From positions 344,720,001 through 344,784,000 of the forward strand of contig OZ024741.1 of assembly GCA_964016885.1 (NCBI GenBank): a stretch of DNA of 64,000 nt, written 5' to 3'. Source of the stretch: Eledone cirrhosa (Eukaryota). The notes beneath the pieces are model-generated. The model was not told the DNA's origin, ran no database searches, and saw nothing but the letters and a program-made list of their open reading frames with translations. Position numbers and translations under genes: made by a program. Below, piece by piece: positions 40,788-52,392 of the stretch (positions are counted from its first letter, which is position 1; each line of letters starts with the position of its first letter).

Positions 40788-41419
40788 GTATACTGATATA
40801 ATTTGCTTCCAAATCTAAAAATACAAACTCAGTTTGAGTTGTTTGATCTCTTGAATTACCTAATCATCAAATCATGGTTGAGTATTCCACAGACATATGT
40901 ATACTTAATGTAATTCTCTCACTGAATCAACATGACAAAATATGTGATAAAGCTTCATCTTTGAATTATAGCTACAGTCCATCTTGTATTATATTTAAGG
41001 GCAGTGGATTGGCAGTATCGGTAGAACATCGAGCAACATGCTTTGCAGGATTGAGTTACCGTGGTTGTGCTGGAGTCGAGATAAAATGCTCCCAGTACAT
41101 GAAATAAACTGGTTAAATTTAGGAAGGGCAGCTGTAGAAACCAAGCCAAAACAGAGCATATGAACAAAATGTTGTCACTTGACCGGTCTAGCCTTAGACC
41201 ATGACAACCCATCTAACCCATGCAAGCATGGAAAATAGATGTTAAACAGTGATGATTGTGATGAGAATGATGTTAGTTGAGTATTCACAAATTCTTGTAT
41301 CTTTACCACTAGTAGAATCAGCATAGTTACATGTACAGTTCATTTTGTATTATAGTCTACATGGCTGAGTATTTCACAGACTCATGTATCTTTAATGTTA
41401 CCTTCTGACAGAATCAGTA

Positions 41420-41895
41420 TAATAATAATAATAATAATGAAATTATTGTGTAAAGTGCTTGGGTGCACTACAATTTGTCAAAGGTGCATATATAGTACAT
41501 AGAATAATATACAAATGTCAGGGAAGTGAATAGTGTATGAGTCATGATATACATGTGTGTATGTGTATGGAGGGGGAACATTAGGTGTAGTGTTGGTGAA
41601 TCTCGGGAAGCATGGAGGTTTTAAAGGATGCAGTGTCTCGACAGCTAACGACTGATGCAGGTAGTTTGTTCCATGCTTCAGCAACTCTGAGCGTGAAAAA
41701 ATGTTTCCGAAATTCATGGGAACTGTGCTGTTTTCTGACTTTGTGGGCATGCCCACGTGTGTTAGACACATGGAAATCAAAAAGGTACTCAGGGTTGTTG
41801 TTGGCAAGATGGTTAATAATTTTGTGGGTGTTTACCAAGTCAGTTGCCAGACATCGGAGCTTCATGCCCAGGGAAGCAAGGCGTTCAGAGTATGA
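41420..41895 (-). pseudogene. CR1/L2-group LINE 3' fragment
   Basis: DLVNTHKII..NTRGHAHKV..RKHFFTLRVAEAWNKLP..ASFK; (ATT)n tail. Confidence 0.85.
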
Positions 41896-42086
41896 TACTT
41901 TGTGTGACAGATTGGTTCTTTGAATTTCAAGTACAGTCCATTTTGTATTATAGGGTGAGTGACTGAGTATTCCACAGAATTTTGTATCCTTATCCCAGTG
42001 GCATTTACATTACTCTATATATACTATTGTATTTTCACAGTAAACATTTTATCTCACATAATTATCCCACATTATATCGAAGCTAT

Positions 42087-42220
42087 AGAGTTACGGCCTT
42101 TGCTATTCTGGGTTCAAATCCCGCCGAGGTTAACTTTGGCTTTCATCCTTACGGGGTCGATAAAATAAAGTACCAATAATGCACTGGGTAATTGCTGGCC
42201 TTGTGCCTAACGTAGAAACA
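42087..42220 (+). mobile_element. 5'-truncated SINE A inserted into a piggyBac-type MITE
   Basis: 16-bp TSD ATTATATCGAAGCTAT at 42071-42086 and 42221-42236. Confidence 0.9.
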
Positions 42221-42724
42221 ATTATATCGAAGCTATGAGATTTTGATATTATTTATTTTGAGAACAATTCCATGATGTCAGTATGAGCAGCTGGTTACAG
42301 CCGGTTTGAACAGAAAGAGGTGAGAGAATTTTGGCCGGATATGGCCAGTTTAAATGCTAAAGTGTTAATATAAGTGTTACACATTCTATGACCAGGCTAG
42401 TGTTTTGAATTACAGGTAGAGTCATTTCAATGGGGTTCCACACAGTTTTTGTTGACCTGATGTCACTCTCAGTACTTGGTTAGACCCAAATTATACAGTG
42501 AGGAGAATGTCGACATTCATCCTTTTGAAGTTGATAAAAAGTACCAGACCAGTATTGGGGTTGGTTCTTCCTGCATACATATATTACACAAAGTATCTCA
42601 ATAGAAAAACCACCACCAAAAACAACACTGCACACACCCAAGGTGCACAGAGCTGTGCTCAGTAATGAAGTGATGACATGTAATAAAAATAAGACTTATA
42701 ATAATAACAATGATAATGATAATG

Positions 42725-43130
42725 ATTTCTGATATGGACACAAGGCCAACAATTTTGGCGGGAAGAGAAAATTGATTAAATCGACCCCAGTACATTACTG
42801 ATGCTTTATTTATCGACCCCTTAAGGGAGAAAGCTAAAGCTAACCTTGGCGGGATTTGAACACAGAACATAAAGGGACATAACTATATGCTGCAAAGCAT
42901 GTCTGACCAACACTGTCAATCCACCGAATAATAATAATAATAATAATAATGGTTTCTTATATAGGTACAAGGCCAGCAATTTGGAAGATGGGGGAAGTCG
43001 ATTAAATCAACTCCAGTGCGTGACTAGTACTTTATTTTATCGACCCCGTAAGGATGAAAGGCAAAGTTAACCTCGGCAGGATTTGAACTTGGATCATAAA
43101 GGGCCGTAACTGTATGCTACAAAGCATGGC
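42725..43130 (-). mobile_element. Two SINE family A copies
   Basis: Family core, separated by (TAA)n. Confidence 0.8.
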
Positions 43131-43147
43131 TAATAATAATAATAATA

Positions 43148-43181
<34 letters not shown>

Positions 43182-43489
43182 CCCACACTGTATCGTCCTG
43201 TACCGTTGTTAATGTTTCATTAATGTGAGCCCTGTGTGGCTTATGAAGAAATCATTATTATTTTTATAATTTCTATAATTGGCTGCAAGGGCCCGATATT
43301 GAGGACAGAACTGAACAGAAAACAATAAGAAAATTTAACATCATCAACAGCAATGCTTGATTGCAAGACAAGATGAAAGCTTTCTCATCATAAAACATGA
43401 AACACATACAATCAAGCAAAATACACTAAGTAAATATAGAATAGGTGGCGGGTAGTACAAAGCAATTAACTACATTGTCATTGATTGCA

Positions 43490-44164
43490 TAATTTTAACT
43501 AAGAAAGAATACATCTATAGACATAGCAAAGTTAGGACTCAGATATACTGGAAGTTGTGTCAGCATTATGAAATATGAAAAGAAAAGAAGGATGGTAGAA
43601 ACAAACACCAGAAATGGTATGAGAGAATAACGAAGCAACCATACTCTGGGATAGGCCAATTGACACTGACAGAGAGATAAGGAGAATTCACCAACTATTT
43701 TTGACAGGGGCCATTAGTTAAGGAAGTACCTCGTAATTTAATTATTAGTCCCAACAGACAATAACATATCTCTCAATACAGATATACATAAACATATATA
43801 TACAAGTATGTTTTGAAACAGCGAGCGAGTTTGAAATTAGTAAAAAAAAATACGGCGAAAACTTCTATTTCTAATTTCAAACTCGCTCGCTGTTTCAAAA
43901 CATACTTACTTGTCATTATACTTGCTAAGAATGTAGCTACTAATTTGAATTGAAGGAGATGGGTGATGTGTTAGTGTAATGGTAGCACAGTGGTCTAGAT
44001 AACCAATTTACTCCAATACTCATCTTTTTCCATTTCTTAGAGGGTTCTAAACCCCACTATCAAGGTAAAATTTCTGTAGTAAAAAAAATACGGTTAAAGC
44101 CTATATTTCTAATATATATATTTATATATATATATTTATATATATATATTTATATATATATATT

Positions 44165-44204
<40 letters not shown>

Positions 44205-44369
44205 TATATATATATATATATATATTTGTATATATTTATATATATATATTTATATATATATATATATATTTGTATATATATATATATACATACACATAAT
44301 TATGAAGGATTTAGGACCCCGGCGGCTGAGATCCGACCATTTTATCAGCTAGATTCAAACTGCATCCAT

Positions 44370-44432
<63 letters not shown>

Positions 44433-44880
44433 CACAGACAGACATATATGTATATATGATGATGATAATGATGATGATTATATATATTATATATTTGAAA
44501 TGTTGATATCCAAACATAGAATCACTATTATGAAAGTAGCTTTAAAAAATCAGATAAAATACCACTAGAGACAGAAAATAAGTGGCTAGCATCTACTACA
44601 GATAATCAAACTCTGTGTCTCTGGAATTCTGACCAAATGCCAGCTGACAACAGTTTTCCTCCAAAATAGGAGCTAATATATATGGAGAAATAAAGAATCC
44701 CAATGTAAAGATCTAGAAATAAAGGTAACAAGAATGTTATTTTAGAAAACAGAAACAATCCCTATAATAATAGAGATTGGGTAAATTAACAATACATGTC
44801 AACAAGTATACATCTATAACCCAAGGTCTTTCAAATATACACTAATTGGTACTATACACAGATTATGCAGAATATAATAT
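43490..44880 (+). pseudogene. R4/Dong-like (RLE) retrotransposon remnant, interrupted by TA tracts and short inserts
   Basis: KKEYIYRHSKV..IYWKLCQHY..ENNEATILWDRPIDTDREI (43500-43685); KDLEI..TETIPIII (~44705-44775). Confidence 0.6.
43804..43907. repeat. 37-bp perfect inverted repeat with 30-nt loop
   Basis: AAGTATGTTTTGAAACAGCGAGCGAGTTTGAAATTAG at 43804-43840 and its reverse complement at 43871-43907. Confidence 0.9.
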
Positions 44881-45044
44881 CCAATATAATAAAAAGTACC
44901 AAACCAGTACAAAGTATTGCATATGCCTAAAGCCCAAAGACCTGTGTTTAACATTACAGTGAAAGCACATCATATGCCTAAAGCTCACAGACCTGACTTT
45001 AGCATTGTAGTGAAAACATATCATAAATATATGGCTACTGAATA

Positions 45045-45375
45045 ATTGTTTCTAGGCCAGCAATTATCCCAGTGCATTACTGGTACTTTATTTTATCGAC
45101 CCCTTAAAGATGAAAGGCAAAGTTAACCTCGGTGGGATTTGAACTCAGACCATAAAGGGCTGTAACTCTTTGCTGCAAAGCATGGCATCAGACCCTCTAC
45201 CGATACTGCTGATCCACAAGACTACTGAATAATGTTAACTACATTTGGCTTCAGACCAGCAATTTGTTGTGTAGGGGTAAGTCAGTTAAATGAACTCCCT
45301 GCGTGTTACTATTAATTTATTGACCCTGTAAGGATGAAAGGCAAAGCTAATCTCAACAGGATTTGAACTCGGGAA
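45045..45375 (-). mobile_element. SINE family A copies
   Basis: Family core twice. Confidence 0.75.
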
Positions 45376-46302
45376 GTATGAAAGGTAAATTTGACCCCAG
45401 CAGTATTTGAGCTCAGAATACAGTGATCCAGAAGAAATACTGCTCTAATGACTGCCAAGTTGCTACCTAGGATATTTACTAGGTGTCTAGTAGACCATAC
45501 AAATGATTTACTAGCTTTGAGATCAAGGAGTCACTCCAGGTAGAGCTGCTACTTCTCTGAATTGAGAGATTACAGTTCTTGTACTACAGACATGGTTAGA
45601 ATGTCTAAAGAATAAATCACTGGACAGATTTTGTAGGCAATGCCATGAGGCATGAGACCCAGAAACCACATGAAAGATGGTTGGGTAATATCTATGAGAT
45701 TGGCTGGTCTTGCTTGGGAATCCAGCCAGATTAATTGGTAACAGCTGCTTTTGAGAGGGCCTTCTGGAAGTTGTGCCAGAGGTGTCGGCCCCCATGACCC
45801 TCCTAGGAATAAGAAGAAAAAGAAGGAAGATAAATGTAAATTAATTAGGCCAGGGTCTTTAGTTGTGTTCTCTAATAGACTAGACTGCTAAAATAGGAAG
45901 ATACCTATAATATCAATGGTCATTAGACCTCTAGATATTATGTCTGAAAGACTAGACAAATAGCTAGCTAAAATTGTAAAATAGATGTATTTCCAATAGT
46001 GATAGGATCTCCAGATATGATGTCTGATAGAATAGGCAAATGATTTACTAAAATAAGAAGATACCTCTAGTGTATATATATATATTGATATTATACTCCA
46101 GAAGAAATCTATAGAGTGCTTCGAATCTGTTATAAATAAATTTGTTGAATAACCAACAAATTAAATATCTATTTGCTTATATATATATATATATATATAT
46201 AATATCAAAGGCATGTATTGAGTTAGAAACTCAAAATAGTCTCATTACAGTAAATTAGCTCTAAGAAAGAGGTTATATATATATGAGAGAGAAGAGAAAT
46301 AT

Positions 46303-46493
46303 TTAGTTCCACAACAAATAGTAAACCATATTCAAGGACACGTGTTTCACCAAGCAGATTTTTAACCCATGTATGACTGCGGTGAGGACGAAAGAGTGCA
46401 CTTCCATTCCCACCATATCCATACACAGGTTGAAAATCTGCTTGGTGAAATGCACGTCCTTGAACATGGTTTGCTAATTTGTTGTGGAACTAA
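46303..46493. mobile_element. Inverted-repeat element with hammerhead 3'-half motif
   Basis: ~70-bp arms; GAAACACGTGTC (- strand) / GAAATGCACGTC (+ strand). Confidence 0.6.
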
Positions 46494-46619
46494 CTATACT
46501 GAACTCGTCTTCTGGACTGAGTGTTCTACTTACTGTGGATATCACCTCACAGAATTTTACCACTATATATATATATAGAGAGAGAGAGAAAGAGAGACAG
46601 ACAGAGAGAGAGAAAGATT

Positions 46620-46838
46620 GGGAGATACCGGTTTAGACTAGTAAGACCATACTCAGCTAAGTACTCAATATTGGGAAAAGTAGAGTGTATGGATAGTGAT
46701 ATAGTGATAAGTTAGTGCCCGACGGCTGAGCTCACACTGTTTCAACTAACTTTTCACTATACATACACTCTACTTTCCAAAGTATCAAGTTATTAACTGA
46801 ATATAGTCCTACTAGTCTAAACTGGTAATTACCCATCT
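46620..46838 (-). mobile_element. P1-related element with inverted arms
   Basis: AAGTACTCAATA..AGTAGAGTG..CCCGACGGCTGAGCTCA; arms TACCGGTTTAGACTAGTA../..TACTAGTCTAAACTGGTA. Confidence 0.6.
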
Positions 46839-46876
46839 ATATATATAGAACAGAATATGTGAACAAACATTTTTTC

Positions 46877-46917
46877 ATATTTGATAAGATTGGTATACCA
46901 ATTGAAACTGATAATAT
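46877..46917 (+). ncRNA. Decayed minimal hammerhead motif
   Basis: ATAT-TTGATAA-GATTGG-tata-CCAATT-GAAA-CTGA-TA-ATAT; two transitions away from the CTGATGA core. Confidence 0.4.
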
Positions 46918-46969
46918 TGGATAAAATCTAACTCCACTTAATGTAACAATTATAAAATCATATATATAT

Positions 46970-47839
46970 ATCATCATCATCATCGTTTAATGTCCATTTT
47001 CCAGCTAGTATGGTTTAGGCAGGTTGGACAAATTGACCGTGTCTTATCCATATTGAACTGTTTTGGGCTAGGTTTCTGTGGCTGGATGCCCTTCCTAACA
47101 CCAACCACATTTACAGTGTGTGCTGGGTGCTTTTTGTCATGACACCTACACGTCCACTTTACAGTGTGTGCTGGGTGCTTTTTGTCATGGCACCTACACG
47201 TCCACTTTACAGTGTGTGCTGGGTGCTTTTTGTCATGACACCTACACGACCACTTTACAGTGTGTGCTGGGTGCTTTTTGTCATGGCACCTACACGTCCA
47301 CTTTACAGTGTGTGCTGGGTGCTTTTTGTCATGACACCTACACGACCACTTTACAGTGTGGGCTGGCTGCTTTTTGTCATGACACCTACACGACCACTTT
47401 ACAGTGTGGGCTGGCTGCTTTTTGTCATGACACCTACACGACCACTTTACAGTGTGTGCTGGGTGCTTTTTGTCATGACACCTACACGACCACTTTACAG
47501 TGTGGGCTGGCTGCTTTTTGTCATGACACCTACACGACCACTTTACAGTGTGGGCTGGCTGCTTTTTGTCATGACACCTACACGACCACTTTACAGTGTG
47601 GGCTGGCTGCTTTTTGTCCTGACACCTACACAACCACTTTACAGTGTGGGCTGGCTGCTTTTTGTCATGACACCTACACAACCACTTTACAGTGTGGGCT
47701 GGCTGCTTTTTGTCATGACACCTACACGACCACTTTACAGTGTGGGCTGGCTGCTTTTTGTCATGACACCTACACGACCACTTTACAGTGTGGGCTGGCT
47801 GCTTTTTGTCATGACACCTACACGACCACTTTACAGTGT
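46970..47839 (-). repeat. RTE/SINE 3' module whose internal 48-bp unit is amplified to ~15 tandem copies (47113-47839)
   Basis: CAGTGTGGGCTGGCTGCTTTTTGTCATGACACCTACACGACCACTTTA follows directly on GGATGCCCTTCCTAACACCAACCACATTTA. Confidence 0.92.
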
Positions 47840-49095
47840 ACTTTATTAGTACAGTGTACTTTAATAGTCATGATATCTAGAGATCCTATCACTATTTATA
47901 GATATATAGTGATAGGATCTCTAGATATTGGGATTAATAAAGAGTGTGTGTGTGTATGTACATATAAGGATAGGATTTATGGTTATCGTGACTAATAAAA
48001 TACACAGTTAGTTAACTAAAGTAAGAAAATACTTACATTACTACTACTAATAGGGACTCTAGGCATGCTAGCTAAAATAAGGATGAAAATTAATACAAAA
48101 TATTACATTAAAACACCTGAAATGTGTGGTCCCAAATTACTAGTTAGCAGGTTTCAAACTCAGAATGTAAAGGAACATGTGCACCTGAGCACTGTACATA
48201 ATAATTTTCATTATTATTGCTATAAATACTATAATGCATTTTGTGATTCTGTGAATATAACTCTTTTATTAACTGAAAAAACAATGGTGTCTCTGATGGA
48301 GCAGCTAAGTGCTGTTTTAATGGCTGTTTTAGCAATGATTTTCTCATTTTTATATGTATTATTTTATTAACTTTCATTACCATATTTTTAATGAAATCTC
48401 TGTCAATTGTTTGAAAATAATCAAGAATGTAGACGGATTTAATAATATAACTAACTTTCTCATTATTAAGCTGGTGTTTGGATCATAACTTAACAAAGAT
48501 TCTTATATAAAATGATGATGGAAAGGCTTTAGATAAATATAAACACTTTAAAACAAACACATTTGTAAAATAGGATCTGCAGCACCTTCAGGCAGTTTTG
48601 TATTAAAAAGATTTACAGTAATATTGATTTCCAACATAGGCAAAAAAACTTCAAATTTCTTTGTGTGGATGCTTTTATTGATCTCAGTACATGATTGGTA
48701 CTTTATTTTATTCACCCCTGGAATGATGAAAGGCAAAATTGAACTCAGCAGGATTTGAACTCAAAACATAAAGTGCCATAACTATAAGGCATGTTGTCCA
48801 CTCCACTGATTGTGCCAGTCCATTGCTTTCTTAGTAATTATGTTGATTGCTTTTGACCTGCTTTGTATAACTATTGTATTAAGAAGGAAAGGCAGCAAAT
48901 TGGTAGAATTGTTGGAATGTTGGATAGAATACTTTGTGGTATTTCTGCTGGTTCATTGCTCTCTGATGTCAACTTTGTGTATTTGATAAAAGAAGTACCA
49001 CTCCAGTACTTGAATTGATTCTTCCTCGACATATATTTCTCATTTCCTCTTTATCACTCTCTTTGCTTCCTCTGGAAGAAATTAACTGTATTCAG

Positions 49096-49243
49096 ATTTA
49101 GAGAAGGGATGGACTCTACCAGGTTTAAACAAAATGCCCCCAAAATGCTGTATGTCACTAGAATACCCCAAAACTCTACCAGGAGTTACAGGTCCATACA
49201 TAACATTAGGAAGTAGTGTTGTTGGTATCCCAGTTTATTACTG
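49096..49243 (+). CDS. Candidate internal host exon (phase 1-2), unidentified product
   Basis: Pyrimidine tract ~49030-49072, ttcag|...CTG|gtaaac; open frame (D)LEKGWTLPGLNKMPPKCCMSLEYPKTLPGVTGPYITLGSSVVGIPVYY. Confidence 0.35.
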
Positions 49244-49780
49244 GTAAACTGTTCTATTCTGTAATATTAATTCTTTTTCTACTACTGATTTAGTTGACAG
49301 CAAATAATGATAAGGATTTCTTGTATTTGCCACAAGGGCAATGCATGAAGGAAACACCATTTGTTTGTATGAACCCATAACTGCTGCAGTAACATATGAT
49401 GTTTCTTAGACTGTGCCAGGTTTTAAAAATGCCTATCTCCTCTCGTATGGTCTAAACACAACCAATTTCTACCAGAAAAGGAGAAGGAGGGATAGGGAGG
49501 AAGTGAGAAAGAAATATAAGAGTAAGAATTGATCCCAATACTGAACTGGTATATTATTTATTGACCTCAAAAGGATGAAAGCCAAAGTCGATCCCAGCAG
49601 GATTTAAACATAGAGTGCAACGTCAGAATATATACTGCAAAGTTTTTTATCTAAGGTTCTAACAACTCTGTCAATTTACTGCCTGAAGGAGGCATTACAA
49701 GGACCGTATTACAGTTATATTTAGATGAAGTATGCAGAATCATCAGCATTATTACCACTTAATGTCCAATATTATTATGA

Positions 49781-50223
49781 CTAGCTGAAAAACCACCCTT
49801 CGGGTGGTGAAGGGTGGTTTTTCTGCTGACATGTGTAGTGTGTATATTGATATTATATGCAAATATATTGATATTGATATTACATGCATGTAGATATGAT
49901 ATGTCAAATAAAATCATAATTGACAATATGCAAAGAAATTGAAGAGAGACTGTTACATTGTTTTCTGTCATCAGTAAAGTAATCCACGATACATTTAAAA
50001 AAGACGATATTATATATAAACTGCATTACGGTGAAATGTAATGAAAACGAAAAAGGAGAAAATTAGCGATGGAAATATAAACCTTATATAACAATGCAAA
50101 TATATGAACGTTTATATAAGCGATGTGATTAGTGTTATGATATAAGGGACGCTAACTGGAAGTGTTGACATTTGAAAACTTTAAAGAAGTGAATTTTAAA
50201 ATAAGCAATCATTATATATAAGA
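49781..50223 (-). mobile_element. Non-autonomous Helitron-like element
   Basis: Minus strand starts TCTTATATATAATG; hairpin ACCACCC-TTC-GGGTGGT lies 7 nt from terminal CTAG. Confidence 0.6.
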
Positions 50224-50299
50224 ATATTTATGTTTAATCAACAGCTATCAAATTTAGTACAAAAATTATGTAATATTCATTCATTATTTATTCAAAGTA

Positions 50300-50985
50300 G
50301 GGCGGTGTTTTGGTAGTATCGGTAGAGAATCGGACACCATGCTTTGAAGCATAGAGTTACGTCTCTCTATGATCTGAGTTCAAATCCCACCGAGGTTAAC
50401 TTTGCCTTTCATCCTTACGGGGTCGATAAAATAAAGTACCAGTAACGTACTGGGTAATTGCTGGCCTTGTGCCTAAAATAGAAACAATTATTTACTCAAA
50501 GTAGTCTAACTTATTTTACTAACGGGATAAAAAAATATATTCAGGACGCAGTCTCGCACTCCTCCCTTTATTATATTATGATTAAACTTATTGGATTGGC
50601 AGTTTTGTTAGAGAGTCAGACAACATGCTTTATGGAATAGAGCCCTTTACATTCTGATTTCTAATCCTATTATGGCGTCATTAAAATAAAGTACCAGTAA
50701 GCACTGAGGTCGATTTATCGACTTTCATCTCTCTCAAAATTGCTGGCCTTGTGCCTAAAGTAAAAATAAATATTATTATTAATAGTAACAGTAGTAGTAG
50801 AAGTCATAATACTACTGATTTTATGGTTTCTGATTCTGGCAAAAGGTCAGAAATGGTACACTTTATTATACTGACCCCAAAAAGATGAAAGGCAAAGTTG
50901 ACCTCGGTGAGATTTGAACACAAAACATAGCAAGTCAGAAGAAACACCACAAAGCATTTTGATCGATGCTCTACCAATTCTGCCA
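50300..50985. mobile_element. Three SINE family A copies (+ 50300-50490, + 50595-50765, - 50820-50985)
   Basis: Family head, core and tail. Confidence 0.8.
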
Positions 50986-51044
50986 ATCAATAACACCATG
51001 AACTGAACCAACAATACAACTGCTAATTACTCCTGCTACTGCTG

Positions 51045-51091
<47 letters not shown>

Positions 51092-51719
51092 ACTACTAAT
51101 TAATGATGAAGCAGTCACGTGCTTTAATTAATCTAATTTGTTAATCTGCTTAAATACTCATAAAAGAAAAAGTAGAAAAGTTATTCAGATGTATGTATGT
51201 ATGTATGTATGTATGTATGTGTATATGTATGTATGTGTATATGTATATATGTATGCATTTGTGTGGATGTATGTATGTATTTGTGCATGTATGTATATGT
51301 GTGTATGTATATGTGTATGTATGAATGCATGTATGTTTATGTATAGATGCTTGTATGCATGTGTGTGTATGCTTGTATGTATATGTGTATGTACATATGG
51401 TAGTATATGTATGTATTGATGTGTGTGTATGTGTGTGTGCATGTATGCATACACATCCAAACACAGTTATATGTGTATCTATATATAAAGAGAGAATGGG
51501 AGAGACAGTGAGAAAGAGAGAATGTGGGTGTGACATGTATATATAGTTAGGTATGTATATACCAAACATTGGGTTGTTTTAACTGTTAATGATGGTGATG
51601 AATGATTGAAAAAGTGATATAGAAACACATATATGTATACACACATATATATGTATACATATATTATATATATATATATTATATATATATATCTGTATAT
51701 ATATGGCCTTGCAATGTAT

Positions 51720-52028
51720 ATATGGCCTTGCAATCGAAAGGTTGTGAGTTCAATTCTCAGACCGGGTGATGTTGTTTCCTTGAGCAAGACACTTTATTTC
51801 ACATTGCTCCAGTTTACTCAGCTGTAGAAATGAGATGATAGGACTGGGGTCCCTATCATTCCACTGTAAAGTGGACGTGTAGGCACCACGGAAAAAAAGC
51901 ACCCAGCACTCACTGTAAATGAGGTCGGTGTTAGGAAGGGCATCCAGCTGTAGAAATCAAGCCAGAATCAGTTCCCGTTCCACCCTTGCAAGCAGGGAAG
52001 AAAGGACGTAAAAGGATGATGATGATGA
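51720..52028 (+). mobile_element. SINE family B, slightly 5'-truncated
   Basis: GAGTTCAATTCTCAGACCGGG..CCTTGAGCAAGACACTTTATTTCAC..AGGAAGGGCATCCAGCTGTAGAAA..CCACCCTTGCAAGCAGGGAAG..GGACGTAAAAGGATGATG. Confidence 0.85.
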
Positions 52029-52061
52029 TATGTATATATATATAGGCATATATATATATAT

Positions 52062-52392
52062 CTAGGGAGTGTAACTTGGAGTTACTGCAGGTTCACCCGG
52101 GTGAGCACTCGATGTATAGTTTCACTTCAGTGTTGAGGTGTAGAGCTATACAGAGTGTAATATATTGAAAAGATAACAAGGACGATTGGTTACTCCTTCA
52201 TTACATTTATTGGTAGGTGACGCGCGTTTCGCCACTGATCAGCTCAAGGTTCGATCTGTATCGATGTTACCCGACTCTATAATCTGCAGCTCGACGGACC
52301 CTTTAAAAAAGCTGATCAGTGGCGAAACGCGCGTTACCTACCAATAAATGTAATGAAGTAGTAACCAATCGTCCTTGTTATCCTTTCAATAT
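52062..52392. mobile_element. Element with ~83-bp inverted arms (52162-52244/52310-52392) bearing GAAACGCGCGT(C/T)..AATAAA
   Basis: Arms seen directly; homologue at 17341-17473. Confidence 0.65.

Noticed and set aside
46980-47995. Cys/His repeat protein (CRCHDKKQPAHTVKWS)n resembling a metal-binding protein
   Set aside because: The 48-bp unit is open in several frames and derives from a retroelement tail
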